Assembly (NCBI GenBank): GCA_035713825.1
Contig: DASTMX010000110.1
Span: forward strand, 1,010-65,009
DNA: 64,000 bases
Source of the DNA: Candidatus Udaeobacter sp.
Lineage (GTDB): Bacteria; Verrucomicrobiota; Verrucomicrobiia; Chthoniobacterales; UBA10450
Direction of reading: 5' to 3'
How positions within the stretch are numbered: the first letter of the stretch is position 1; each line of letters starts with the position of its first letter. Positions 28,510 through 37,751 of the stretch are shown here, piece after piece. Made by a program: the position numbers and the translations under genes. The notes beneath the pieces were generated by a model that was given only the letters and a program-made list of their open reading frames with translations, had not been told where the DNA came from and made no database searches.

Positions 28510-29463
28510 TTACAGCACGACCGGTTTCCCCTCGGTCATCACAAGGACTCGCTCCTCAATTCCATGTTCGCGCGCCGATTTGAGTAACCGCTGCGGCGGT
28601 TCGTGGAGCGGTTCAAAGCCAAGGCGGAACGTTCCGTAATGCATTGGAATTAAAGTTTTGGCGCCGAGTTCCAAGAAGGCCCTGACCGCTTCCTCAGGGT
28701 TCATATGAACTTCACGGCCGGTGGGCGATTCATAAGCTCCGATGGGAAGCAGCGCGACTTCGATCCTGTAGCGGTCACCGATTTCTTTAAAGCCAGGGAA
28801 ATAGGCGCTATCGCCGCAATGAAAAATGGTGCGGCCGTTTGCTGCGATTACAAACCCGCCGAAGTCGCGATGCGAATCTGCCAGAAATCGGGCCCCCCAA
28901 TGATGACAAGGCGTGAGTGAAATTTCGAGCGGACCGAGTTCGACTGTCTGCCAGTAATCGAGCTCGTGCACGATGTGGAAACCAAGGTCATGCACCAGGT
29001 TTCCTACACCGATTGGCACGATGATCGGCTGATCGGCCGCCACCCGGCGGAGCGTACGGCGGTCGAGATGATCAAAATGAGCGTGGGTCACCAAAACGTA
29101 ATCAATCGCCGGCAAATGATGAATTTCGAAACCCGGTTGTTTCAGACGCTTAATAACCTTTAGCCATTTCGACCAGTTGGGGTCGATCAGGACATTCACT
29201 TGGTGGGTCTGAATCAGAAATGAAGCGTGGCCAATCCATGTAATACAAATCTCGCCCTCTCGAATTTTTGGGAATTGAGGAGCCGGCGGCGTACTACCAC
29301 CCGCGCGCTTAACGAACAGCGATGGGATCAGGACGCTGGTCAGAAAGTTGCGTTTGTGCCAGTCGGCTCGTGGACGCAGGCGGACCCGGGTAGACCGCTT
29401 GGCTATGGCGCTGTCCGATGATTGTCGAACAATGTTTCGCCGGCTTTTTTTGGGAAAAGGCAT
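28510..29463 (-). CDS. MBL-fold metallo-hydrolase
   Basis: WIGHASFLIQ...LIDPNW and the VTHAHFDHLD metal motif. Later HCGDS and PMHYGTF. ATG 29463 is preferred over the track's TTG at 29478. Confidence 0.8.
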   Translation of the reverse strand: MPFPKKSRRNIVRQSSDSAIAKRSTRVRLRPRADWHKRNFLTSVLIPSLFVKRAGGSTPPAPQFPKIREGEICITWIGHASFLIQTHQVNVLIDPNWSKWLKVIKRLKQPGFEIHHLPAIDYVLVTHAHFDHLDRRTLRRVAADQPIIVPIGVGNLVHDLGFHIVHELDYWQTVELGPLEISLTPCHHWGARFLADSHRDFGGFVIAANGRTIFHCGDSAYFPGFKEIGDRYRIEVALLPIGAYESPTGREVHMNPEEAVRAFLELGAKTLIPMHYGTFRLGFEPLHEPPQRLLKSAREHGIEERVLVMTEGKPVVL

Positions 29464-29622
29464 TGGCACAACGTGCAAACGATAGGAGACAGTTAAAAAG
29501 TTAAAAGGGTTAAAAAAGTGACCGAATCTAGCAGGGGCGATGATCGCGTGCCTCCTAACATTTTACGCTTCAAGCTTTTTACCCTTGTTACTTTACCTGT
29601 TTCGGCTTGAGTTGTGCCCGAT

Positions 29623-30507
29623 ATGCGAAACTGGAAGGTCGTTGTTGTCCTGTTTATACTGGGTTCGGTCGCAGTCGCGTCCGAATCACGCCTGCCATTC
29701 AGTACTGTTTTCAAAGGACAGGACCAGTTCAACCGACTGGTCGCAAAGGCAAAGGCGGGTAATTGGAAAGCCTTGCCGATTGGAGAACGCACCGCGGCGG
29801 TGGGACAGGCGTTGGTGGGGACGCGCTACAAACATTTCACTCTCGAGATCGACAATCGGATCGAGTCGCCCTCGGTAAATTTCCAAGGAATGGATTGCTG
29901 GACATTTTTTGAGATTGCGCTGGGCTTCGCTCGCATGCTCAATGAGCCCGAATCGAACTGGACGCCGGAACGTCTGTTGCATTACATCGAAATGGATCGA
30001 TACCGCGGTGGCGAGTGCACTGGTGAATATTTATCCCGGCTGCATTATCTGGAAGACTGGCTGTATGATAATGATCGGCGCGGTCTTGTACAAGATATGA
30101 CACGCGACCTGGGCGGCCGGAGTGTGCCGCACTCTGCACGCGAGATGAGCTCGGGCTGGCGGCATTATCGTTACTTGGCCTCGAATCGCTCGTTGCTCGG
30201 GCCCCTCGCCCGAATGGAATCGAGCGTGTCTTCGCGCCCACTATACCAAATTCCAAAGGACCGGGTCGCAGCAATCGAACCAAAACTGCGCAGCGGCGAC
30301 GTTATTGGAATCATTTCGCACGACGGTAGACTTTATTCTACCGCGCATGTCGGCCTGGCATTGCGGACAAAGGACGGTGTTCTGCATTTCATGCATGCTT
30401 CTTCGCCGAGCAACTACGGCCGTGTAATCGTAGACTCAGAGCTTTCGAAATATCTTTATCGTTATCGCTCGGATAGCGGAATCCTGGTCGCGCGACCGTT
30501 GCGCTAA
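29623..30507 (+). CDS. secreted DUF1460-like protein (NlpC/P60-like amidase fold)
   Basis: Signal peptide from ATG 29623. Candidate Cys/His pair: GMDCWTFFEIALGFARM and STAHVGLAL. The family assignment is from memory only. Confidence 0.5.
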   Translation: MRNWKVVVVLFILGSVAVASESRLPFSTVFKGQDQFNRLVAKAKAGNWKALPIGERTAAVGQALVGTRYKHFTLEIDNRIESPSVNFQGMDCWTFFEIALGFARMLNEPESNWTPERLLHYIEMDRYRGGECTGEYLSRLHYLEDWLYDNDRRGLVQDMTRDLGGRSVPHSAREMSSGWRHYRYLASNRSLLGPLARMESSVSSRPLYQIPKDRVAAIEPKLRSGDVIGIISHDGRLYSTAHVGLALRTKDGVLHFMHASSPSNYGRVIVDSELSKYLYRYRSDSGILVARPLR

Positions 30508-30806
30508 TCAGTTTCCGTTTCGTGGAATTCAGCCAGTAACTTGTCCAACGCTTCCAAGGCCTCGTCTGCGTCAACGCCGTACGCTTCGAGAGTCGCTGTC
30601 GCACCGCAATCGAGGTTAGCACGGAGAATGTCAATGAGGCTTGAGGCGGAATACCGTTTACCATCCTTTATCACCCAGATTTCCGATCGAAAGCTTCTTA
30701 CCCGTTTTACGAATTGCGCTGCGGGGCGCGCGTGCAAACCGAGCTTGTTGACGACGCGCACTTCACGTCGCGCCGAAGTAGCCGCTTTTCTCTGGCCTAG
30801 TCTCAT
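30504..30806 (-). CDS. ptsH: HPr family phosphocarrier protein
   Basis: VVNKLGLHARPAAQFVK (active-site His), a downstream Ser-containing YSASSLIDIL segment, and an acidic C-terminal helix. 100 aa with a ~15-aa basic N-terminal extension. The ATG overlaps the permease stop (ATGA). Confidence 0.85.
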   Translation of the reverse strand: MRLGQRKAATSARREVRVVNKLGLHARPAAQFVKRVRSFRSEIWVIKDGKRYSASSLIDILRANLDCGATATLEAYGVDADEALEALDKLLAEFHETETD

Positions 30807-31570
30807 GCCTGGCTCGTCCCCCAGCGACGATGTAAAAACCTTTCTATCGGTGAGAAGAAAATCTTGTCCGCGAGTAGACCAATCACAACGATCACGATCA
30901 TGATGCCGATCACCTGTTCCATGGCGTTTAGTTCACGCCCATAATGAAGCAACTGGCCGAGGCCGAAACCAGTCAGGATTGTTACGAAAATCTCGGCAGC
31001 CATCAGTGAACGCCAGGCAAAAGCCCATCCTTGCTTCATCCCGCTAACAATGAATGGAAGGGCGGCGGGTAAGATTACTTTGAACCACATGTGCAATCGC
31101 TTGGATCCCATTGTCAGAGCTGCGCGGCGGTAAATCGGCGGAACATTGCGCACGCCCGTCTCCGTTGCGATGATCACCGACCAAAGAGTTCCCATCACGA
31201 CTACGAAAAGCATTGCCGCCTCTGTTTGTCCAAACCACAAAAGCGCAAGCGGCACCCAGCATACGCTGGGCAGTGTCTGTAAGCCGAGAGCGAGAGTCCC
31301 AATTGTGTCGTGAAATAGTTGCCACCGCGCCGTGAGAAGTCCAAGCGGCAGGCCTATGATCAGTCCAATCAAGTATCCGACGATCAAGCGCCGCATTGTT
31401 ATCACGGTTGCGTTAAACAGAGTGCCGTCAGCAGCAGCGCTCTCCAGGAACCTGACAACCTGGCCCGGGGACGGCAGCAACACGGGCGACCAAAATTTTG
31501 CGCGATACGCTCCTTCCCAAAGGAGAACGAGACCTGCGAAAAAAGCCGCTGCGAGGAAGAGCCGTTTCAT
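30803..31570 (-). CDS. ABC transporter permease, NitT/TauT (nitrate/sulfonate/taurine) family
   Basis: 255 aa with 6 TM segments and an EAA-like loop (AALTMGSKRLHMWFKVILPAALP) typical of SsuC/TauC-type permeases. Confidence 0.85.
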   Translation of the reverse strand: MKRLFLAAAFFAGLVLLWEGAYRAKFWSPVLLPSPGQVVRFLESAAADGTLFNATVITMRRLIVGYLIGLIIGLPLGLLTARWQLFHDTIGTLALGLQTLPSVCWVPLALLWFGQTEAAMLFVVVMGTLWSVIIATETGVRNVPPIYRRAALTMGSKRLHMWFKVILPAALPFIVSGMKQGWAFAWRSLMAAEIFVTILTGFGLGQLLHYGRELNAMEQVIGIMIVIVVIGLLADKIFFSPIERFLHRRWGTSQA

Positions 31571-32400
31571 TCAGCAACAACCGCCCCGGCTTTCCCCACG
31601 CTCTTAAGGGCTTTGGTGATCCGTGTGGCGTGAGCCGCAAGATCAACGCTGTTGATGTCGCGTGGCCGCGGCAGGTCCACAACGAATTCTTCCTGGACGC
31701 GACCGGGATGCGGTGAAAAAAGCACAACACGATCGCCCAGGCACGCGGCTTCACGAACATTGTGCGTGACAAAAACAATGGTTTTACGACGCGCTTTCCA
31801 AATCTCTTGGATGTCGCCGTAAAGTTGCTCGCGTGTCAGTGCGTCCAAGGCGGCAAACGGCTCGTCCATTAGGAGCACGCGCGGATTCGGTGCCAGAGCG
31901 CGCGCAAGCGAGGCCCGCTGCTTCATTCCACCGGAAAGCTCATGAATATTAGCGTGTTCGAAACGACTGAGACCAACCAACTCCAAATAATATTTGGCGA
32001 CTTCGCGCCGGTCTCTATTTGTCAGATTTGGCTTTAGCTTCAGCCCGAAGAGCACATTCCCGAAGACGTTCAGCCATGGGAAAAGAGCAGGTTCCTGAAA
32101 CATGACAAGTCGCTCGCGACCGGGGCCTGTCACAGGTTTGCCGTCCGCCAGAACTGTTCCACTATCGGGTTTTTCCAGGCCGGCAATGATATTCAGCAAA
32201 GTCGTTTTTCCGCAGCCGCTGGCACCAACCAAACAAACAAACTCGGCTTCGGCAACCTTCAGACTGACTCGATCAAGGGCAAGGACAGGCCCGGACGCGC
32301 TTCTAAAACTCTTCGATACGTTTTCGATGCCGAGCTTCGACGGCGCAATAACCTGGAGCTCCTCGGTAGCTGAGGAATGACGACGACCTGCTCGCAACAT
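31567..32400 (-). CDS. ABC transporter ATP-binding protein (SsuB/TauB-like)
   Basis: Walker A GASGCGKTTLL, signature LSGGMKQR, Walker B LLMDEPF, and H-loop VTHN. Confidence 0.92.
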   Translation of the reverse strand: MLRAGRRHSSATEELQVIAPSKLGIENVSKSFRSASGPVLALDRVSLKVAEAEFVCLVGASGCGKTTLLNIIAGLEKPDSGTVLADGKPVTGPGRERLVMFQEPALFPWLNVFGNVLFGLKLKPNLTNRDRREVAKYYLELVGLSRFEHANIHELSGGMKQRASLARALAPNPRVLLMDEPFAALDALTREQLYGDIQEIWKARRKTIVFVTHNVREAACLGDRVVLFSPHPGRVQEEFVVDLPRPRDINSVDLAAHATRITKALKSVGKAGAVVAE

Positions 32401-33383
32401 TACGGTACCTCGATCAGCTTGGATATGTCTGTCGAACCTTTTAAGAAACCTGCGTCCTTTCCATCCTGTACCGACTTCGCAATCAAATCACGTGACACTT
32501 CAGCGGTGAATTGAATCCTCTTCCACGCCTGTGCTACAGCGTCTGGCGAGAAATCAGCTCGGGTCTCCAATTTCAACTCACCGATCAATAATTTCTGAGC
32601 CTCTGCCTCATTCTGTTGAATCCAGTTCGTTAACTCCACGTTTGCTGCTGCTATTTTCCTGGCCAAATCACGACGATCGCGCAGGAATTTCACACTGGAA
32701 ACGAGCCACGTAGTGACGGTGTTCTTATCCTCACGAAACATTCGCGCGCCAGCGTCTCGTTCAAGACGCGTCACCCAGGGTTCCACGGTCCACACGGCAT
32801 CCACAGAACCCTTTTGCAAAAGCGCCAACTGATCTGGATTCGCTGTGGGGATGACCATTACGTCGCCGCCAGTCAGCGTGACCTTGAAGCCCTGCGCTTT
32901 GAGCCACGCACGGCAAGAAATGTCCTGCGTGTTCCCCAGCTGGGGCGTCGCAATCTTTTTCCCACGAAAATCCGCAGGCGTTCTAACAGGAGAATCAGCT
33001 TTTACAACAAGAGCCGCGCCCGCATTGGCTGCGCCCGAGATTACGCGAATTTCTTCCCCCTTTGATTTAAAGTACGCATTCAGGGCCGGACTGGGACCTA
33101 CGTAAGTGACGTCGAGCGATCTGGCAAAGATCGCTTCCATGGCGGAAGGCCCGGCATTGTAGGTGTACCATTGGATCTCTACACCGGGTCCAAGTCGTTT
33201 TTCAAACCATCCGTTGCCCTGTCTCGAAAGCGCGTGCGCAATCACTCCCTGCGCATGCGTAATATTTGGAAAATGTCCGAATCGAATCGTCGTCTTTTCC
33301 TGCCCGACCGCAAGGAATGTCCAAAACAGAAGGGTTCCAACAATCGTCGTTATTTTGTTTTTCATCCCTGATTGGTATGCCAC
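32400..33383 (-). CDS. ABC substrate-binding protein (NMT1/SsuA-like)
   Basis: Signal peptide, then IRFGHFPNITHAQGVIA and a two-lobe periplasmic binding protein length (327 aa). It heads the ATPase-permease genes with a TAATG junction. Confidence 0.78.
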   Translation of the reverse strand: MAYQSGMKNKITTIVGTLLFWTFLAVGQEKTTIRFGHFPNITHAQGVIAHALSRQGNGWFEKRLGPGVEIQWYTYNAGPSAMEAIFARSLDVTYVGPSPALNAYFKSKGEEIRVISGAANAGAALVVKADSPVRTPADFRGKKIATPQLGNTQDISCRAWLKAQGFKVTLTGGDVMVIPTANPDQLALLQKGSVDAVWTVEPWVTRLERDAGARMFREDKNTVTTWLVSSVKFLRDRRDLARKIAAANVELTNWIQQNEAEAQKLLIGELKLETRADFSPDAVAQAWKRIQFTAEVSRDLIAKSVQDGKDAGFLKGSTDISKLIEVP

Positions 33384-33456
33384 GATTCGGCCGCGGCTGC
33401 CTCAAAGGCTAAGGTACGTTCGATCGGTCCGATTCGGCCCGGCGCAGGAGAGTCCG

Positions 33457-34410
33457 TTAAGGACTGTAGCTAAAGTGAGGATTAAGTTCCTTTAACGCAT
33501 CCGCGGCATATTCCAGGTCCTCCGCTGAAAGATATTCGCGATAGCCTCCCACCTTTCCACGACGCACTTTAAACGACTCCGGGTCGCGCACGTCGCCAGG
33601 ATGCAGAATTTTCGAATCGAAAACCCCTGCTGCTTCCAACTTTTGCATGTTCTCGAACCGAGAAAACTCAAGCGCCTCCTGGAAGATCGACATGTCGGGT
33701 GTCCTTTCTCCAACAACCGCAAGCAGGTTTCGAAAATGTTCGGCCGGCGACGCTCGTAGCGCCTCATACCTGATAATGGTGAACTCCTTTCGGCCCGAGA
33801 ACTCCTCAAGCCAGTCGTTCATGGCGCGGACAATCCCGTGGACCCCAAACCTTTTGTCGCGCAATAGGTCACTGACGGATTTTTGTCTTAATGATGGATC
33901 GGCGCTGAAATCGCGCCGCGTCATTTGTAAATAGAGAGAGACGAAACAATCCCGGGGATCTCGCACCAGCAGGACGATTTTCGCCTGTTGGAGTTCTCTT
34001 CTCGGAACCAGGTATTTGCCGCGCAAACGGTCCCAGCGATTGCCCTTGGTCCAATGCTCGAAACGATCATGCGAGAATATGACACGTGGAAATCCCGGGT
34101 GATTATATCGCCCCGGCTGAAGTGTGAATTCAAGCCCGTAACGCTTGCATAAATAAGCGCAAAGAAATGTCCGGATCCATGTCCGCCCGCTTTTTGGCGC
34201 AGAAAGAATAATGACCTCTCCGCCTGAAAGCAGCCGCGCGCGACTACTAAAGTTTCGGCGGGTCAACCGTAGCGAACGCCGTAGAAATCGAGAAAATGAA
34301 ACCGATTTATCCGGAAGCCCCGAAAGTTCCCCCGGTCGCAGCGCTTCACCAGGGGCGATGTCTGCCCGTTGGGTATCGGCTAAAGATCGAGCTGTTATTT
34401 CAATCGCCAT
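33457..34410 (-). CDS. PAPS-dependent sulfotransferase domain protein
   Basis: 5'-PSB motif ILSAPKSGRTWIRTFL and 3'-PB-like LLVRDPRDCFVS. ATG 34410 was chosen because the longer track ORF (to 34602) runs into the tmRNA gene. Confidence 0.75.
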   Translation of the reverse strand: MAIEITARSLADTQRADIAPGEALRPGELSGLPDKSVSFSRFLRRSLRLTRRNFSSRARLLSGGEVIILSAPKSGRTWIRTFLCAYLCKRYGLEFTLQPGRYNHPGFPRVIFSHDRFEHWTKGNRWDRLRGKYLVPRRELQQAKIVLLVRDPRDCFVSLYLQMTRRDFSADPSLRQKSVSDLLRDKRFGVHGIVRAMNDWLEEFSGRKEFTIIRYEALRASPAEHFRNLLAVVGERTPDMSIFQEALEFSRFENMQKLEAAGVFDSKILHPGDVRDPESFKVRRGKVGGYREYLSAEDLEYAADALKELNPHFSYSP

Positions 34411-34517
34411 TTCCCGAAGTGTCCTCGTCGGACCAGCGGTTCCCAGAGCAAGTCGCGGAACTGGCGGTCCAGTTGCATAAGACTCCAAAAAAGCGTATCT
34501 GTTCAAGCACAAAAAAA

Positions 34518-34871
34518 GGGGGCGTACTGGCTTCGACTCATCGTTCGAAGCGCAGACGGCATGTCGAGGATGGTTCGTTGGCCTCGCTAAAAACCGGACC
34601 AAAAAACAAACGCAGACAACGAAGGTCTAGCTCTCGCGGCTTAATTGATCGCGACGTTTGTCGTGGGACGCCTGCTACGACGGCAAACGTGGACAGCAGG
34701 CTGGCAAATCGGCGGAACGACCGCGCCGGTTTGTGAATCGATTTCGTGGACGTCCGGGAGTTGGCAGTGCGCCGGCGCATGGCTCGGCTCCTCAGAATTA
34801 ATCGTCGGATAAACATGTAGATGTTTGCGCGGATAGCGACGAGGACAGGGGTTCAACTCCCCTCGCCTCCA
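34518..34871 (+). ncRNA. ssrA: transfer-messenger RNA (tmRNA), tag ADNEGLALAA
   Basis: The 5' end GGGGGCGUACUGGCUUCGAC resembles E. coli GGGGCUGAUUCUGGAUUCGAC. The 3' end CAUGUAG...GGACAGGGGUUCAACUCCCCUCGCCUCCA has a T-arm and acceptor. The 7-bp acceptor GGGGGCG/CGCCUCC includes the G3:U Ala identity pair. The internal tag ORF is GCA GAC AAC GAA GGU CUA GCU CUC GCG GCU UAA (34612-34644) after an A-rich tract, as in E. coli. CCA is not encoded. Confidence 0.9.
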
Positions 34872-35054
34872 ATCTTCGTTCGCTGCGCCTACAAGGCAGC
34901 TGAATCGCAAAATGTCCCCTGAATCAAAGAAACGATGAAATCCATGCAGGGTGGCGCTCGGATTGTGGACAGCACGCTTTGGGCATGCGGGGGAATTTCT
35001 ATTAGGCCACATTCGAAACTCGCAATTCGCGCGGGCTGATTTAATTCTGAAATC

Positions 35055-37592
35055 ATGCGGGACGCGCTGACTCCGATGATGCAGCAGTACCGGCGGCTGC
35101 GGAGCAGCATTCCGCCCGATACACTGCTGTTGTTCAGGCTTGGGGATTTTTATGAACTGTTTTTTGAAGACGCAAAGGAAGCTTCAATCTTGCTCAATGT
35201 CGCCCTGACCAAACGCAATGAGGTACCAATGTGCGGGGTGCCGTACCACGCGGCGCAGACTTACATTGCCAAACTGATCAAGGCTGGCCGGCGAGTAGCT
35301 ATCTGCGACCAGACCAGCGACCCGCAACCAGGGAAAATCGTGTCGCGCGACATCACACAGATCATCAGTGCGGGCACGGTTAGCGACCTGGACTTACTCG
35401 AAGCAAAACGGGCCAATTATCTGGCAGCAGTTTACACGGATGGGCACGTATTCGGACTCGCGTACGCAGACCTGACCACCGGGGAATTTCGGCTGGTTCA
35501 GTTGCAAGATCGCCAATCCCTCATCGACGAGCTTGCGCGCGTCTCACCGTCGGAGCTCTTGATCAGTTCCGAACAGAAAGAGCACCTACGCCAGATCGAT
35601 CATGCGCTCGAGTATGACAGCTACGCATTCCTGCCCGAGCAAGCGATCTTTACTCTGTGCGAGCATTTCAAAACAAAATCGCTAGATGGATTTGGCTGCG
35701 GAGAAATGCCCTTAGGGGTCGCTGCTGCAGGCGCTGTCGTGCATTACCTGAAACATCAGCTTCGGCGTAACATCGCTCATCTCACTTCGTTGCGCTGTGA
35801 TGCGCCGGCGGAATACGTCATGCTCGATGCAGCGACACAAACGAATCTTGAGCTGGTCGAGTCGCGTGGAACGCGTAGCACCAGTTTGTTATCAGTGCTT
35901 GATCGCACAGTGACCCCGATGGGGGGCCGAAAATTGCGTTCGTGGATCTTGCAGCCACTGCGCGATCTGCGCGAGCTCGAACGCCGGCAGCAAATGATCG
36001 CCGATTTGTTGCAGGAGCCGGATCTACTGGCCGCAATTCGAGCTCAACTGAAGCCCATTCGCGACCTCGAACGCGCAATGTCGCGACTGAGCCAGGCCTC
36101 GGGAAACGCGCGTGATGTCGCGGCGCTGAAATGTTCTCTCGGAGAACTCCCAAGGCTGAAAAATGAATTGGGAAAGCTGATTGAGCGGATTGACTTTGGC
36201 AGAACCGGGTTGCCAAGCTCGCCGCACGTCGCGCGGGAGTGCGCACCCGGCGGCGGCGTCCTGCCGAAGGAGTTGCAGCACCGAATCCAGGAGTTGCCTG
36301 CCCTGAGCGAGAAACTCAAGCACGCGATCGTTGATGATCCTCCACTGGCTCTAAAAGAAGGCGGAATTTTTCAGGATGGGTACGAGCCCGGTCTTGACGA
36401 GCTTCGTCGGGCCTCCCGCGATGGAAAGAATTGGATCGGTCAGTTGCAAGAGCGCGAAATCGCTGCAACCGGCATCAAGTCACTCAAGGTCCGATATAAC
36501 TCCGTTTTTGGCTACTTCATCGAAATCACGAAATCAAACCTCGCGAACGTACCTGACCACTATACGCGCAAGCAAACCACAGTTGGAGGCGAGCGCTTCG
36601 TCACGCCCGAGTTAAAGGAGGTGGAGGCAAAGATACTGGGGGCGGACGAACGCACGCGCCAACTGGAATACCAGCTCTTCCAAAAACTGCGCGAAGAAAT
36701 TCTGTACGAATTAGAGCGCATCCAGCAGACTGCCGAGGCCATCGGAGTCCTCGACGTTATTTGCGCGTTGGCCGAGACTGCGCGGCTGTTTCGTTATTGC
36801 CGACCGCAATTAAACGATACTTTGCGGCTGTTCATCAAAGATGGGCGGCACCCTGTGCTCGATCAAAATCTGGTGGAAGAAAAATTCGTGCCTAACGACA
36901 CATCGCTGGATGGCGAAACAATTCGGCTGGCGATCGTGACCGGACCAAACATGGCGGGAAAGTCCACTTACATTCGGCAGGTCGCGCTGATTGTGCTGAT
37001 GGCTCAGATGGGCAGCTTCGTTCCTGCGGAGGGTGCCGAGATCGGACTGGTCGACCGTATTTTCACCCGTGTTGGCGCGAACGACGATTTGGGGCGCGGT
37101 CAATCGACATTCATGGTCGAAATGAACGAGACCTCGAACATCGTCAATAACGCAACGGACCGGAGCCTGGTGATTTTGGATGAGATCGGCCGAGGCACAT
37201 CGACATTTGACGGCCTTTCGATCGCCTGGAGCGTAGCTGAGTTTTTACATGACAAAATCAAGGCCCGCACGTTATTCGCCACTCATTATCACGAGTTGAC
37301 TAAACTCGCCGCGGAACGCAAAGGCGTCTGCAATTTCAATGTCGCAGTCCGCGAATGGAACGATCAGATCATTTTCCTGCGCAAAATCATTCCGGGTGGC
37401 GCCGACAAAAGCTACGGCATCCAGGTCGCACGGCTGGCTGGTTTGCCAAAGGAAATTCTTGATCGGGCGAAGGAGATTCTGTCGGACTTGGAAAGACCTG
37501 ACGTGATAACCACGCGGCCAGCTAATAAGATCGTCAAACGATCGCCAAAGACATGCGGCAAGATTGAAAAGCCGCAACTGGATTTACTATGA
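35055..37592 (+). CDS. mutS: DNA mismatch repair protein MutS
   Basis: N-terminal TPMMQQY...FYELFFEDA mismatch-binding domain. ATPase with GPNMAGKSTY, DEIGRGTSTFDG and ATHYHEL. Confidence 0.96.
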   Translation: MRDALTPMMQQYRRLRSSIPPDTLLLFRLGDFYELFFEDAKEASILLNVALTKRNEVPMCGVPYHAAQTYIAKLIKAGRRVAICDQTSDPQPGKIVSRDITQIISAGTVSDLDLLEAKRANYLAAVYTDGHVFGLAYADLTTGEFRLVQLQDRQSLIDELARVSPSELLISSEQKEHLRQIDHALEYDSYAFLPEQAIFTLCEHFKTKSLDGFGCGEMPLGVAAAGAVVHYLKHQLRRNIAHLTSLRCDAPAEYVMLDAATQTNLELVESRGTRSTSLLSVLDRTVTPMGGRKLRSWILQPLRDLRELERRQQMIADLLQEPDLLAAIRAQLKPIRDLERAMSRLSQASGNARDVAALKCSLGELPRLKNELGKLIERIDFGRTGLPSSPHVARECAPGGGVLPKELQHRIQELPALSEKLKHAIVDDPPLALKEGGIFQDGYEPGLDELRRASRDGKNWIGQLQEREIAATGIKSLKVRYNSVFGYFIEITKSNLANVPDHYTRKQTTVGGERFVTPELKEVEAKILGADERTRQLEYQLFQKLREEILYELERIQQTAEAIGVLDVICALAETARLFRYCRPQLNDTLRLFIKDGRHPVLDQNLVEEKFVPNDTSLDGETIRLAIVTGPNMAGKSTYIRQVALIVLMAQMGSFVPAEGAEIGLVDRIFTRVGANDDLGRGQSTFMVEMNETSNIVNNATDRSLVILDEIGRGTSTFDGLSIAWSVAEFLHDKIKARTLFATHYHELTKLAAERKGVCNFNVAVREWNDQIIFLRKIIPGGADKSYGIQVARLAGLPKEILDRAKEILSDLERPDVITTRPANKIVKRSPKTCGKIEKPQLDLL

Positions 37593-37751
37593 AGCCGATT
37601 GCAGCGCAAAGGCAGACTTTCATCAAAAACTTGATCAATTTGTCGGCAACCCAGTCAGTGGAGCAGGCGTCATCGAAACAGACCCAAATCTTTAAGGTCG
37701 TGGCGGTCGGGATCCGGAAGCGGAATTGCCCATTGTGCTAATCTATCCGCG

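Noticed and set aside
29463-29479. TTGGCACAACGTGCAAA, another sigma-54-like string
   Set aside because: The spacing is 2 nt too short. It also overlaps the start region of the minus-strand MBL hydrolase gene and lies 140 nt or more from the next plus-strand start.
34296-35012. Track ORFs 34296..34736(+), 34538..34816(-) and 34641..35012(-), plus the N-terminal extension of ORF 33457..34602
   Set aside because: All overlap the tmRNA gene (34518-34871). Their products are Arg/Ser-rich and low in complexity, so I treat them as non-coding.
34872-35054. Genomic island integrated at the tmRNA 3' end
   Set aside because: There is no integrase and no visible direct repeat of the tmRNA 3' end. The core gene mutS starts 183 nt downstream.
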